A stretch of DNA of 64,000 nucleotides, from NCBI RefSeq assembly GCF_036971445.1, contig NC_091471.1, positions 298,220,001-298,284,000 on the forward strand. The letters are read 5' to 3'. A program made the position numbers and the translations under genes. Below the pieces are notes generated by a model. The model saw nothing but the letters and a program-made list of their open reading frames with translations, ran no database searches and was not told the origin of the DNA. Source of the stretch: Narcine bancroftii. Lineage: Eukaryota. Below, one piece after another: positions 38,350 to 49,760 of this stretch (position 1 is the first letter of the stretch; every line of letters starts with the position of its first letter).

Positions 38350-38975
38350 CGCTGCTTTTCCTCCCTCCCGCCTTTTCCGACGGGGAAAGACAGGCGGCGG
38401 GAACGGGATGGGAGGGGAGGGCTGGGGGTGCGGCCACCATCAGGGGTCCGCCGCGGGCTCGCCACCCCACACGGTTACCTGGGTCACGCAGAGCGGAGAG
38501 AACATCATGTCGGCCTCGGATCATCCAGAAGTCACGGCATCACCGTGACATCCCGCCTCAGTGTCTAAATCCCAGCTCCGCCCGCGGACGGAGACGGAGA
38601 GGGAGGGAGGGACGGCCGAGGGGCAGGCGCTGGGGGAAGCGGCTCCGGAAGCGGCGCTGCTGTGGCAGGCGGGGGGAGCCCGCCCCAGGGGGACCAACCG
38701 CCCGCCTCCACCCCCAGTCTCGGGTCCCCGGTCCGGCCGATCAGCGCGACCGTCCGGCGGACAGCGCTCGGCGCGACCGGACTCTCCGGCTGTCACTGCC
38801 CGGGGACACCGAACCCGCGAGACTTGACATTCACGGCACCCAAACTGTCCCGCGCCGGGTCACCCACTGGCACAAGCGCCGTGGGTCGCCGCGAGGGCCC
38901 GCAGCCCGCCCCGTGATGCCGCGTAACCCGGCCGTGCCGCGAGGGCCGCCGCCTTTCCCGCTCCTCTCTCCCCCG
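38350..38975 (-). promoter_or_regulatory. CpG island: 5' UTR and promoter of the NFI-family gene
   Basis: Non-repetitive, very GC- and CpG-rich sequence around the first coding exon, with GC boxes (ccgccc) and CCGGAAG. Confidence 0.8.
38479..38508 (-). CDS. NFI: Nuclear factor I (NFI/CTF) family transcription factor, first coding exon (MMFSPLCVTQ); paralogue unresolved (NFIB- or NFIC-like)
   Basis: ATG ATG TTC TCT CCG CTC TGC GTG ACC CAG|GTAACC. Matches the NFI exon-1 peptides recalled from human genes (NFIB MMYSPICLTQ, NFIC MYSSPLCLTQ, NFIA MYSPLCLTQ), with the same phase-0 intron after Q. Lies in a CpG island. Exon 2 is outside the window. Confidence 0.88.
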
Positions 38976-39213
38976 CCATCAAGTAGCAGGGAGCTCAAGG
39001 TCCACCCACCCCCCCAACATTAAGAAGCAGGGAGCTCAAGGAAGCCCCCCCCGCCATTAACTAGAAGCAGGGAGCTCAAGGAACCCACCCCCCTCGCCAT
39101 CAAGAAGCAGGGAGCTCAAGGACCCCCCCCCCCCCGCCATCAAGAAGCAGGGAGCTCAAGGAACCCCCCCCCCCCCGCCATCAAGAAGCAGGGAGGTCAA
39201 GGAAGCCCCCCTC
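38972..39213. repeat. ~40-bp minisatellite, 6 copies
   Basis: cgccatcaagaagcagggagctcaagg followed by a variable C-run. Confidence 0.92.
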
Positions 39214-40673
39214 TTCCCAGAAGGAGTGCGGCATCGCTCAGGTGTTGTCCCCCACCCACAGCGAGACAGAGTCGCCGCAACAATGATGCGCTGCCCCACA
39301 AAACCACCCCGCTATGGGGGCACTGAAAAGACGGCTCCTCAAATAGATATATATCGCAATGGAGGGGAGTCTCCGGCTGACGAGTGGACATGAATGGTGT
39401 CCTTACAAACAGCCCATGTCAGGGAGGAAGGGGGACATGAAGTGTTACAAATGATATCGAGAGTTTCCTCCACCGAATAGCCAGCCCATGTTATCATTAA
39501 AGATCAAAATTGGACTCCACTTCGCCCAGAAAACCGACACACTGTTTCCTTGAGCAAACGACAACACGCTTATATAACTACAAACCTGGCCAACAAATCC
39601 GTAGGCACAAAACACAGCCATTTATTTTAGAGACATGTCTGATCTCTTAAATATAAAGTGCTTTATGAATTTGGCACGTTCTCTCATTTTTCTCGTGACG
39701 CCATGTGCAATATCTCTTCCCTCCCCCTTTAGTGAGTCAATGTTGACCACAATCACACCACCACCATAGATATAAATGTTCACTCCGAATGCGAAGATTT
39801 CATCAAAAATCCAAAGGGGGACCAATTTCGGGGCAGGACAAGTCATTCCGCGAACCGTTTCAAATATGACCGACCAGACAGAGACCGGGTGAACTGCACA
39901 GATCAAAACTCTTCTCACTTTGATACTGTTACAAAACACGGCCCTACGTCTTGAAGAGAGACGCAGAAATCGGAGTGGACAGTATTTGATTCCGAGGGGC
40001 ATTGAAGGGAGGGAAGTTGAGCATTCCTGAACGTTTCAGTATTTGCAATTAACGCCAGGGCACTTCTAAATGCTCGCGGTGAATTGAAATAACTTGTTTC
40101 TCGACCATTAAACATCAAATCATAAAACCAGGGGGAGGGCGGGGGAACCCTCCCTTTTATTCTCAGAACTGTCAATACAGGCTGGAAAATCTATTTTTAA
40201 AATTACTTCGAAATAGACCCCACGTCTCCCTTGTGCGCCCTGGCTTAAAATACACCTTTTAAAATCGAAATTGTGATTCTTAAATGAGAGGTCTATATAC
40301 ACTGGAGAAGACTATGGTGTGAGCAAAAAAGCCGGCGACTGGGTTCGCTGTACAGGCCGAACAAGATGCAATGGCCCTTTAAAAGGGAGTGGGTTAGAAA
40401 CGCGTCCCAGTCTTGGTGGCCCGCGTCTCGGTTCCCGAGTCAGGTTGGCTCCTCGGCCATTGCCGCTACGATCAAACACTGGGAATTGGGCTTGAAATGT
40501 ACGTAGGCAAATGTACACGTCTACAGATCACGCAGAAATTCATTTCAGCTGGCAAGCAAACTGCTCGCAGATGGGAAATCTGCCAAGCTCAGCGCTTTTG
40601 CTTTCTGTCTCTCTTCCCCCCCTCCCGCCTCCCCTTCAAACACCACCAAATCTTGGCGCAAACCCGATCTCAC

Positions 40674-40900
40674 CATGCAACAGAGAGAGAGAGTAGCGAC
40701 TGCAAGGCAGACGGCAGAACCAATGCATCGGCCGGCCGGGGCACCGAGATATACGTACCATTGCCATGAGAAAGTACGTAATCAACTTGCAGCCGAATTA
40801 AAAGCGTGGCTAACGCTTCATTTGTATTCCCTTGCAATTCTCTACTTCATCCAGAGGAATATTTCCCTTCCGACTTGGCTGTGTTGTGTGTGCAGATGAG
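40674..40900 (-). other. Candidate upstream alternative first exon(s) of the NFI gene (Met-only or MAM)
   Basis: ATG|GTGAGA at 40676-40674 and ATGGCAATG|GTACGT at 40767-40759, both phase 0. NFI genes have known MDEFHPF isoforms from Met-only upstream exons. Confidence 0.5.
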
Positions 40901-41170
40901 TGTGGGGGGGGGGGGGGTTAAAAAAAACTCGCTGCTTCTATCAAATCCGATGTAAAAGTGCAGGCAATCGGTGGGTCCTGATTGCCCAGCCAATCGATGG
41001 GGGAGGGCTCCTTCGGCTGCTTTAGTGATGAGTTGATGGCGTAGTATAAAAATATTACAGAAGTAAAACGAGCTGTTTATTTCCGCAATGGCTTATTTGC
41101 ATAGGGAAATCACTTCGTCACCATATTAAGTTTTTTTCCCCGCACTCCTTCCTTGCTAAAAACGATTGGG
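40900..41170. promoter_or_regulatory. Putative distal, possibly bidirectional promoter
   Basis: CCAAT 40990-40994, TATAAAA 41045-41051 (+), octamer ATTTGCAT 41095-41102, ATTGG ~41165, all in CpG-retaining unique sequence. Confidence 0.4.
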
Positions 41171-42989
41171 TGCATCCCCACCAACCCCCCCCCCCCCCCT
41201 CTCTTTTGCCAGTGAAATAAACCCGAGCATTATTCCCAAGCCCCGTCTGTGCACGTTGTCATCGTACTGCAAATGATCGCTCAGCGAGAACACGTGGTAT
41301 GTCCGGGGCTGTGGCGTTCTCTGCTGGTTACAGTTTTGGGGAAATACACTTTTTTTTCACCCATAAAAACAATGCGTGGGTGCTCTTTGCCAACCATTTC
41401 AGAAGAAACCGTGCCCTAAAAAAAAAGCTGCCATTCACCTAAAATGATTTTTCATCAGAGAGGCAAATTTTAAAAGATGGAGTGATGCAGCAGGGCCGAG
41501 AGAATGATGTATTAAAATAGAGATGACAACATTCACGTGGATGGCAGATCCTTATGACCAGAACCGTCCCATTACTGCACAGGGAAACATCCCTTCAATT
41601 TACAGCATGGAATGGAGGACATGCCAACAAGTTAGCATGGAGAAATGGTCTGATGTGCACAGTACACTGGGTGCGCCTTTCCATAACTTAATTGTCATTT
41701 TGTTTGTTTGAGGGGTTGGGAAAGAATGAGAAAGGGTTTTTTATAACATGACTCGATCTCCTGCTGTGTAATTTTTTTTGTAAAATCAAGAAAAGTACAA
41801 CAGTTCAGCTGCAACTTCTATCCAAGAATATTTACCTTGAGTTTCATTTCATTCGGGACATGGGTAGGTTCTTCAGGCCCCAGGTCCGGTTTCAGATGAT
41901 GTACCTCAGGCCCCTCCTTGGAACATGCATTAATAACAAAAAAAAAATTTTTCAAGGTTTGCTTCTTGAAAAAATCATTGGGGATTACGATAGACAACTG
42001 AATACAAAGGTAATTTCAGATTTGCTTTATCACGTGTGAAGTTGGGAAACGTTAAATGAACTTTTATTGAATGTATCATGTTTAATACTGACAGCGTTAG
42101 TTCAACTGACCTAAAAATGTTTCGTCGCTGATTTTCTTTTGTACTCGGCCTCTTGTGCCAGTATCCAATAATAGTCGGCCAGCATTGATGGATTCCAGTT
42201 ACCTTGATCCATGATGCCGCTTTTCCATGGTCACAGTGTCCTGGTGAAACCTTACACCATGTTCCTCACTGACTGCACCAGGATCAGCGGGCAAGTCCAA
42301 ATGTGAATGCAGAAAATGACTTTTCAGTTACATGTTACACTTTATGGGGTTGTATGGTTGAAGTAGTCTTAAAATATGACAGGGAATCGCAAAAATAGGT
42401 TATTTTTTTAAAGTACACGATAGGAAAATTTTAAGGCGATTTTCTTGATCAGCAGCCATAAAATGCACCTAAAAGTTTTCATATTATTGCTCTTGCTTTG
42501 GCATCATTGCATATACCAGAAAACGCTGCAACCCTCAACGGGTTGGGCAACACCTGTGGGAAGAGGATCAGAGCGAACGTTCTCATCTCCCATATTCTGC
42601 TCAATTGCTAAGTGGTTCCAGCAAGTTCTAGGCTTACTTTTGTTGTCCAGAATCTGCAGCTCTGACTTTCAAAAAGTTTGTCAGACCCTTCCTTTCAAGA
42701 GGATTGGAAATTCCTCGCACTTTCTGCTTTCACTCCCAAACGGTCCACACCTGATTTTTGGGTTGGGCCATCCCTGGCCAGATTAACGCTGGTCAAATCA
42801 CCAACTGGTCATGGAAAATTTAAGCAACAAATTCCAAGGATTGCCTTTCAATACAAATTTGGCCACACTAATGCACGGATCTCCCCCGCCCTTTAACCTG
42901 CCAAACCCAACGGTTTATAAATGATGAAACGCGAATTACGCTCTCACAAGGACAATCAAGAAGTTAATAGATCATAATGTAAATATCGG

Positions 42990-43830
42990 AAAACACAAAA
43001 GTCTGCGGACGCCGTGATTCAAGTCAAAGCACAGATATGCGCAGGAACCTTGCCGGTTTCACAGCGTCCAGAAAATAAAAAAATATATATTACTGTGTTT
43101 CGGGCCTGAGCCCTTCTTCAAGGTATAAACAAAAAGTTGGTAGCCATCTGAGAGTGCCTAGGCCCAAAACGTCGGTATATATGTTATTCACTTACTGAAT
43201 TGCATGATCTTCCCAAGATTACTGCACATAATCAAAACGAGTGACCAAAAAATGTACAAGGTGCATGATGCGTACAGGGTAAAGATGGTCGCAGTGAAAA
43301 TTCTCTAGCGAAACGAACACCGATTAACACTACACCCTGAGAAAGGCAAGCAACAACTCATTTTCTACAACAGATGCAGTCGAACTCAAATTAGGAACAA
43401 GGTTGGGAGAAATGCAGCAACTTGACAAGAGCTTCTTTAAAAACGTTACACCGAATCCAGTTTGGAGAGGATTTGGCTTAATTGTGCTCAACAGGAAAAT
43501 TCTCCAGACGCTGGGATTGATACCTTGACGAAGAGCTCAGATTCAAAACGTTGATCACCCTTCACTTCCTAAAGTGACCTGCTGAGTTGTTACAGCACTT
43601 TTGTGTTTGGCTCAATAGTTCAACGTCAAACAATTTAACAACATTGTGTTGACCCCGCCAGCAGTCCCACCGACTTGAGGGAGGGGAGGGGGGGGGGCGG
43701 CGAAGAGACATAAAGCTGAAGAAACTCAGCGGGTCAAAAGCAAACATAAAGATACATGACTAACGTTTCAGGCTTGAGCCCTTCATCAAGGTTGGATAAA
43801 GTCACCACATTGTCTGCAGACTTTCGTGCT
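42990..43830. mobile_element. Cluster of four Penelope pseudo-LTR fragments in alternating orientation
   Basis: Hammerhead-like cores at 43095-43123 (-), 43147-43176 (+), 43521-43555 (+) and 43761-43791 (-). Confidence 0.7.
43757..43793 (-). ncRNA. Minimal type-I hammerhead ribozyme-like motif (Penelope-associated)
   Basis: Minus strand CCTTGATGA-A-GGGC-TCAA-GCCT-GAAACGTTA: core (C/T)TGANGA...GAAA, helix II hairpin and palindromic AACGTT helix III. Helix I is imperfect. Confidence 0.5.
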
Positions 43831-46049
43831 TTACCCCTGACTTAAGGGGGGCCTTGCGGTCTGCCAAATCTTTCATAATTAGCTGCAATTTTAATCCATG
43901 TTTATTCTTCAAGAGAAATTAAAGCATTGAACCCCGGCTTTCGCGCAACCTGCTGTCCGGCCCCGCAAATTGCCGGCAAGTCCTGCGGAGCGCTGCGTGG
44001 CGTTTTGGATCACTGGGCGGTTTTAATATTTTAAAAGAAATGTCTCAAAACACGAAACACTGCAGATGCAGAAAGAACATCTAGAAACACATCAGCAGAT
44101 CTGGCAGCATCTAGAGAGAGAGAGAGAAACAGTTATATTTCAGGATCTTTCATCTGTATTGTTGGCACTTTCTCTATTTATTTCATACAATTTCTCGTCC
44201 CACTGCCATAATTCGGAAGCGGAACTTCATTCTGCTTCGGGCAAGCGGGCAGTTCTCGGAAGCCAGTGACTGGGAAATGGCTGGTCCGCAAACCTCAATC
44301 CACGCTTTCTAGCTGAACAGCAATAACCAATGTTTAGCTAAATGAGACCAAAATGTGTTGGTGCCAACCACCGCCTATTCGTGACACACTAACAGCAAAC
44401 TCGGGAGAATGAACGATTGAGGAGCTTTTGTTAAATTGTTAAGAAATTACCCCCAAGTAATGGACGGAACAAGTTTTGGAAACCGCTGAAAGTCCTTCAT
44501 GGGACAGAGATAATGGAGATTGTAAAGATGTGGTTGGACTCCGCACGCATTAGTTATCTCAAGATCCTGAGGATGGGGCGAAAAGGGTTTGATGTTCATT
44601 CACCTGTGGTTTACACGCGTCTAGTCTCCAGTGGCCTACAGGAAGGATCCTTTCAATTACACAGCTAAGTGTTAACCTCCTGCTGGCAGGGTATTGCTTT
44701 TTGCCAGTTCACAAGATAGACTGTCCGGACTGCCAAGTTCAATCAAATTTCAATAAATAACGCCAGATTTCTGATTATACAGAAATTGAGAAAACAATTG
44801 TAGAATCATTTATATTTCGTTTGTTCCACTCGTAATATTGGGAAGTTAAACCAAGGCAGGAGTTAGATAATAGATGGCAGGTCTCTGGAAAGTGTTGTAG
44901 AGCAAAGAATTCGGGGTACACAGTTCCCTGAGAGTGAGAAAGGCGTTTGGCGCGCATGCCTTCATTGGGCAGGGTGCAGGACAGTCCCTGTCATTCAGAA
45001 ACGTTGGCGAGACCGCACTTGTATCGTGCGCAGAGCTGGAAAGGTTTCAGAAATGATTCACGAGGATCATTTAAACAACATTTAGGCAGGTACATAAACA
45101 GGAAAGGTTTAGAGGTACATGGTAATAAAAACACAGAAATGCTGGAGAAACTCAGCTGGTCTCGCAGCGTCGATAGGAGGTAAAGCTATATTACCGACGT
45201 TTCGGGCCTTCAATGGGACTAGCCCAGGTCGCATTGTCTTTCAGTGCTGAACAGGTACAACTCTTTATTTAAAAGTGATACCCATCACTAAGTATTACCT
45301 ACATTTGAATAGTGTCGTTTGTCAATGTCGGGACAAAAAAAAACCCTGCAGTTGGAGGTTCAAGAACAGTTTGTGATGAACTGCTCCCCTGATCATGAAC
45401 TACTCCCCCACCACAAAATGACTGCACTATTGCACGGCGTTAACTACGAATATTTATTACCCACCCATCTTATTTATTTATTGTCTTTTTAAAAAAAATA
45501 CATTTACTTATAGTTTTAACCAGTATCTGTTTGGATACAGTGGGGGGGGGGGGGTGGTGCACGAAATAATAACATTGTTATTATTCAATTATTCAGGTTA
45601 TTTTGGGGTAGTTTTGCTAATTAGTGAGATCACTTGTTTCTGAATACTATCTCCGACAGAACGAAACAAAATATTCAGTTGGAAGCAATTTGGATATTGC
45701 TTTCTCAGATTGCAGGGGGCTCGGACGAAGTATTATTTTTAATCTCCCAATTTTTAATGGGTTTTTAATTAAACAAATGGAAACGATTAAACAAGGATGT
45801 CATTAAAACAATCACTGCATCGTTTTAGAGGATCTCAAGAGTCGCTCGAGGAAAGATGCGGAAAATACAATGTTTTCAGAAAGGGGTCAGGGAACTCGCA
45901 GGGATATCGAAACAATATTGATCAGATCTTACGCATTGCCACGGAGAAAAGCTGATCATTTCAAACTTCACGTTTGCAAAGGGTCGCGACGACAGACAAG
46001 GCGCATCCGTTTCCGATCGTTTACATTTATTTTGTAACACTTTATTGAC

Positions 46050-46550
46050 TGATTTGTGGGGGGGGGGGGGGGGGTGAAACACACGCAACAACCGTGCGGA
46101 TGGTGGTGAGGGTGCGAAAAGGGGACGGAGTCTGTCGCGGGAAACGGGCTGGTGAGCGATTAATGGGGAACTAAAGGGACCAGTGGTAGGTGAATGGGAG
46201 TGATATTGGTCGGAGAAGGAAGAGGTTCTAGGGAGGGGGCTCAATGGCGATGTGAGTGGAGATGGGAAATTAGTTGAAGCAGGGAGGATTCGCGGGGGAG
46301 AGAGGGTTAATAAGGGATGAGTGGGAAAATAAATTGGTGGAGAGAGGGGTCTTCGTGGGTGAATTGGAGGGAGACGGGATTAATTGGAAAAGGAGGTTAT
46401 GGGCAGGGGTTGGTGATTAAAAGGAGCAGGGGATTATTGTGAGGGCGGAGTAAATGGAAAGAGGCGAGTGGGAGAAGCAGGTTAACTAACGGGGAGGGGG
46501 GTATTGGCGGGATAGGTGTCAGTGTGGGGAGGGGGAATTAAGGGATGATT
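46050..46550. repeat. Purine/G-rich low-complexity tract
   Basis: + strand G/A-dominated with no clear unit. Confidence 0.7.
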
Positions 46551-47309
46551 GCGATTATGTCCAGCACGTTTTACGGCGGCGATTCACACAAGAGTCTCCC
46601 TTCGGCAAAGTTTAGAGCGGAGAGAGGGGGGTGGGGGGTGGGGGGTGGGTGGTGTGAATACACTAGAAACAGGGGAAAGTTCCTCAACTTCTTTCAAACA
46701 TTGCCAGTAAAAAAAAATCCTCAAGAAATATCTAAATATTCAATCTCAAAAAAAGTTACAAGACCTCAACATATTCAGCGGTCCTGGGGGGAGGTGGAGG
46801 GGGGTGGGGGGAGAGGTCCCCCCCCCCCTGAATACCTTTAAAAATATGTTTGTCTGTTCTCATTCAATCTAGTAAAGCTAAGATATGTTTTGCACGCCTT
46901 CCTGGAACTCATAAACAATTAGCAGCATTGATTCCGCGGTAACACCTCCTTTTTACATCGCGATTGAGGTCTTTGAGTTGGAACTGAGGCTGTACCAAGA
47001 GCCCCGCAAACCTGGCTGTTCTCTTAATTGGCCTTAAACAATGTTTAGGATTTCCATCCTGCGCGCACATTTATTGAAACATTGTTTAGGAACCGCACTT
47101 TTATGAAACTATAGAAAGCGTGAAAGGTGACAAAATAGCTGATAATGTCAAATGTTACAGAGTCCTCGGATTCTCAATGCAGCCTCCAGGCGTAGTAGTG
47201 AATTTATACGATTCGTTTAATTTTATCCTTCACCTTCTTTGGGTAAAGTTAGAGAAAACGAAATGGCTCAGGAAGGCAGATTATGGTTTTAATGAAATAT
47301 ATGGTTTAT

Positions 47310-48200
47310 ATTCAAAAGGTTAGCAGACCTAGGACTTTTCTCTTTGGAGAAGAGAAGACTTGATAGATGTCTACAAGATTCTGAGAGGCATAGCTAGTGG
47401 TTTCCACCCCCCCCCCCCCCCACCCCCGCCAAACGGAATTAGCAAACGCCTGAGGATATCTGTACAAAATGAAGGGAGAAAAGTTTAGGGGAAACGTCAG
47501 GGGTAAGTTTTTCACACAGAGAGTTGTTGGGGTCTGGAATGCCTTGCTGGGGGTAGTGGTGGAGGCTGGAATATTAGAGGTATTTAAGAGACTCTTAGCA
47601 TCGAGTCCACGCTGCTGAAGATCCAGCTGCGCTGGGTGGGTCACGTCTCCAGAATGGAGGACCATCGCCTTCCCAAGATCGTGTTATATGGCGAGCTCAC
47701 CACTGGGCACCGTGACAGAGGTGCACCAAAGAAGAGGTACAAGGACTGCCTAAAGAAATCTCTTGGTGCCTGCCACATTGACCACAGCCAGTGGGCTGAT
47801 ATCGCCTCAAACCGTACATCTTGGCGCCTCACAGTTCGGCGGGCAGCAACCTCCTTTGAAGAAGACCGCAGAGCCCACCTCACTGACAAAAGACAAAGGA
47901 GGAAAAACCCAACACCCAACCCCAACCCACCAATTTTCCCCTGCAACCGCTGCAACCGTGCCTGCCTGTCCCGCATCGGACTTGTCAGCCACAAACGAGC
48001 CTGCAGCTGACGTGGACATTTACCCCCTCCATAACTCTTCGTCCGCGAAGCCAAGCCAAAGAAAGAGACCAGCGCATGGATGAAAGAAAAATACAGGGTT
48101 AAGAGGTAGGAATGCTTTAGTCTATTTTTGGTAGGAATATATAGGTTGGCACAACATCGTGGGCTGAAAGGCCTGTACTGTGCTGTAATGTTCTATGTTA
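47310..48200 (+). mobile_element. CR1 3' fragment interrupted by an RTE
   Basis: CR1 3' sequence at 47310-47597 resumes at ~48066 and ends in gttctat. Confidence 0.8.
47598..48066 (+). mobile_element. 5'-truncated RTE-clade LINE
   Basis: Open ORF C-terminus 'GHVSRMEDHRLPKIVLYGEL...CNRCNRACLSRIGLVSHKRAC' with the gccaagccaaagaa tail. Confidence 0.92.
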
Positions 48201-49609
48201 AAACTGATTCAAACCAAATTATACTCTTCCTTTGGGGATGAACAATAAAACCAAAATCACATCTGATACAGCCAGTTGCAGCCTTGTGGTGATGTACCTA
48301 CATGCGAAAAACTTATCACTAACAGTGGTGGATTAACCATTAGGCTGAGTAGGCAGAAGCCTAGGGGCCCAGAGGGTAAGGGGGCCCGAGCAACCCAAGA
48401 TATTTCAGTACTTTTGTTTACCATGTCCATGACTGCAGACACTGTGATTGTAGTGTAATACACAAATGTGCTGGAGCAGGCCATGTAGCATCTATATGAA
48501 GTAAAGGGTAATCTGGTCTCAGTTTATCATTTCACACTTACTGCGCGGGTGAAGCCGGTGTCTGTGGGCCAGAGTCAGCATTGCGCTGTTGCCAGGGAAA
48601 TGAACATGGTGGTTTTTGGGAGCTGGCAGTGGCAGAATGAAGATTTGCAGCACGTGAGAGGAGGGGTCTCCAAGATACCAGTGTCCAGCCTGTCACCTGT
48701 GGTTGTAAATGAACAATGGGAGGAGTGTGTGGCCAGCGGTGTCTGACCAGTGGCCAGTACTGCTGAATGTGAGGCCAGTAGTAAGTGGCTGGAGAGCGAT
48801 GGTTAGTGGGGGCAGCCTGAGCCGAGGCAGGGAGTGAGGAGTGGTGAGGGCAGCCTGGGCTGAGGCAGGAGCGAGGGATGATGGAAGTAGTTGAGCCTGT
48901 GGTGGGGCAAGGTCAGGGGTCCTTACTAAATCTCAACCTAGGGCCCAGATGGTAGTTAATCCGCTACTGATCACTGATGACAAGTGTGGACTTCCCAATG
49001 GAATATGACTAGTGGGGAGTGGCCCAAGCGTATTTATTAGATCCAAACTGGAAAACACATTCTTGAAAAGTAAATCTGAAGTGTCCCTGACTAAATGTTT
49101 TGTGCATTTACAAAGCTTCCATGTTAACAATCTTCATTGGTAAAACAAAATAAATTGTAAAGGAGTTAATAAATTTCACAGGTAATTAGCAACCCAAAAG
49201 CCTTAAGGATCATTCCTGTTCACCTTTGATACAAAAATAATTTATAACTATAATTCAGCAAAGTTACTCCTTGAAGCCTACCAGGAGAGGAGAATGAATA
49301 TCTCAGAATATAAATAAGAGTCCAAGATCCTGGTAACTGGAACTTGAGAGTTTTAATATCACTCCTGAATATTTAAGTTCATTAGGTAATATGAGTCTCC
49401 TTCTAATGACTTCAGTGGACACAGAAGATTACTTTATTTCTTCAATTTGATTTGGTTAATTAAATAATAAAATCCACACATTATTTTACCTCTTCCATTC
49501 ACATTCTCATTGTGCTTGGAATGCTGAGGCTTTTTGGCGCTGAGGACACTCCAGTGGAGGGCTAAAAATTCACCTTTCAGCAAACTGGAACCCTGATCCC
49601 TTGATTGGA

Positions 49610-49760
49610 GTAAAACACAAGTCTGCAAACACTATGGTTGAAGCTGGAGAAACTCAGCAGGTCAAACGGTGTACTTTATATCACAAGTATAAAGATACAC
49701 AACCAATGTTTCAGGTTTGAGACCTTCATCAAGGAATAAAAAAATGTGGGCAGGCGTGTA
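49610..49760 (-). mobile_element. Penelope pseudo-LTR with hammerhead-like motif
   Basis: ctggagaaactcagcaggtca...aaccaatgtttcaggtttgagaccttcatcaagg. Confidence 0.7.

Noticed and set aside
33702-39023. 1364-1587 aa Pro-, Arg- and Gly-rich ORFs as real protein genes
   Set aside because: They arise because the array has no T on + and no A on -, so stop codons cannot occur in any frame. No domain content.
38972-39213. CRISPR-like repeat-spacer pattern
   Set aside because: The spacers are short C-runs rather than unique sequence, the context is eukaryotic, and there are no cas genes.
40500-40900. Full palindromic NFI autoregulatory sites (TTGGC-N5-GCCAA)
   Set aside because: Only half-sites were seen by eye, and these are too frequent to be informative without a motif scan.
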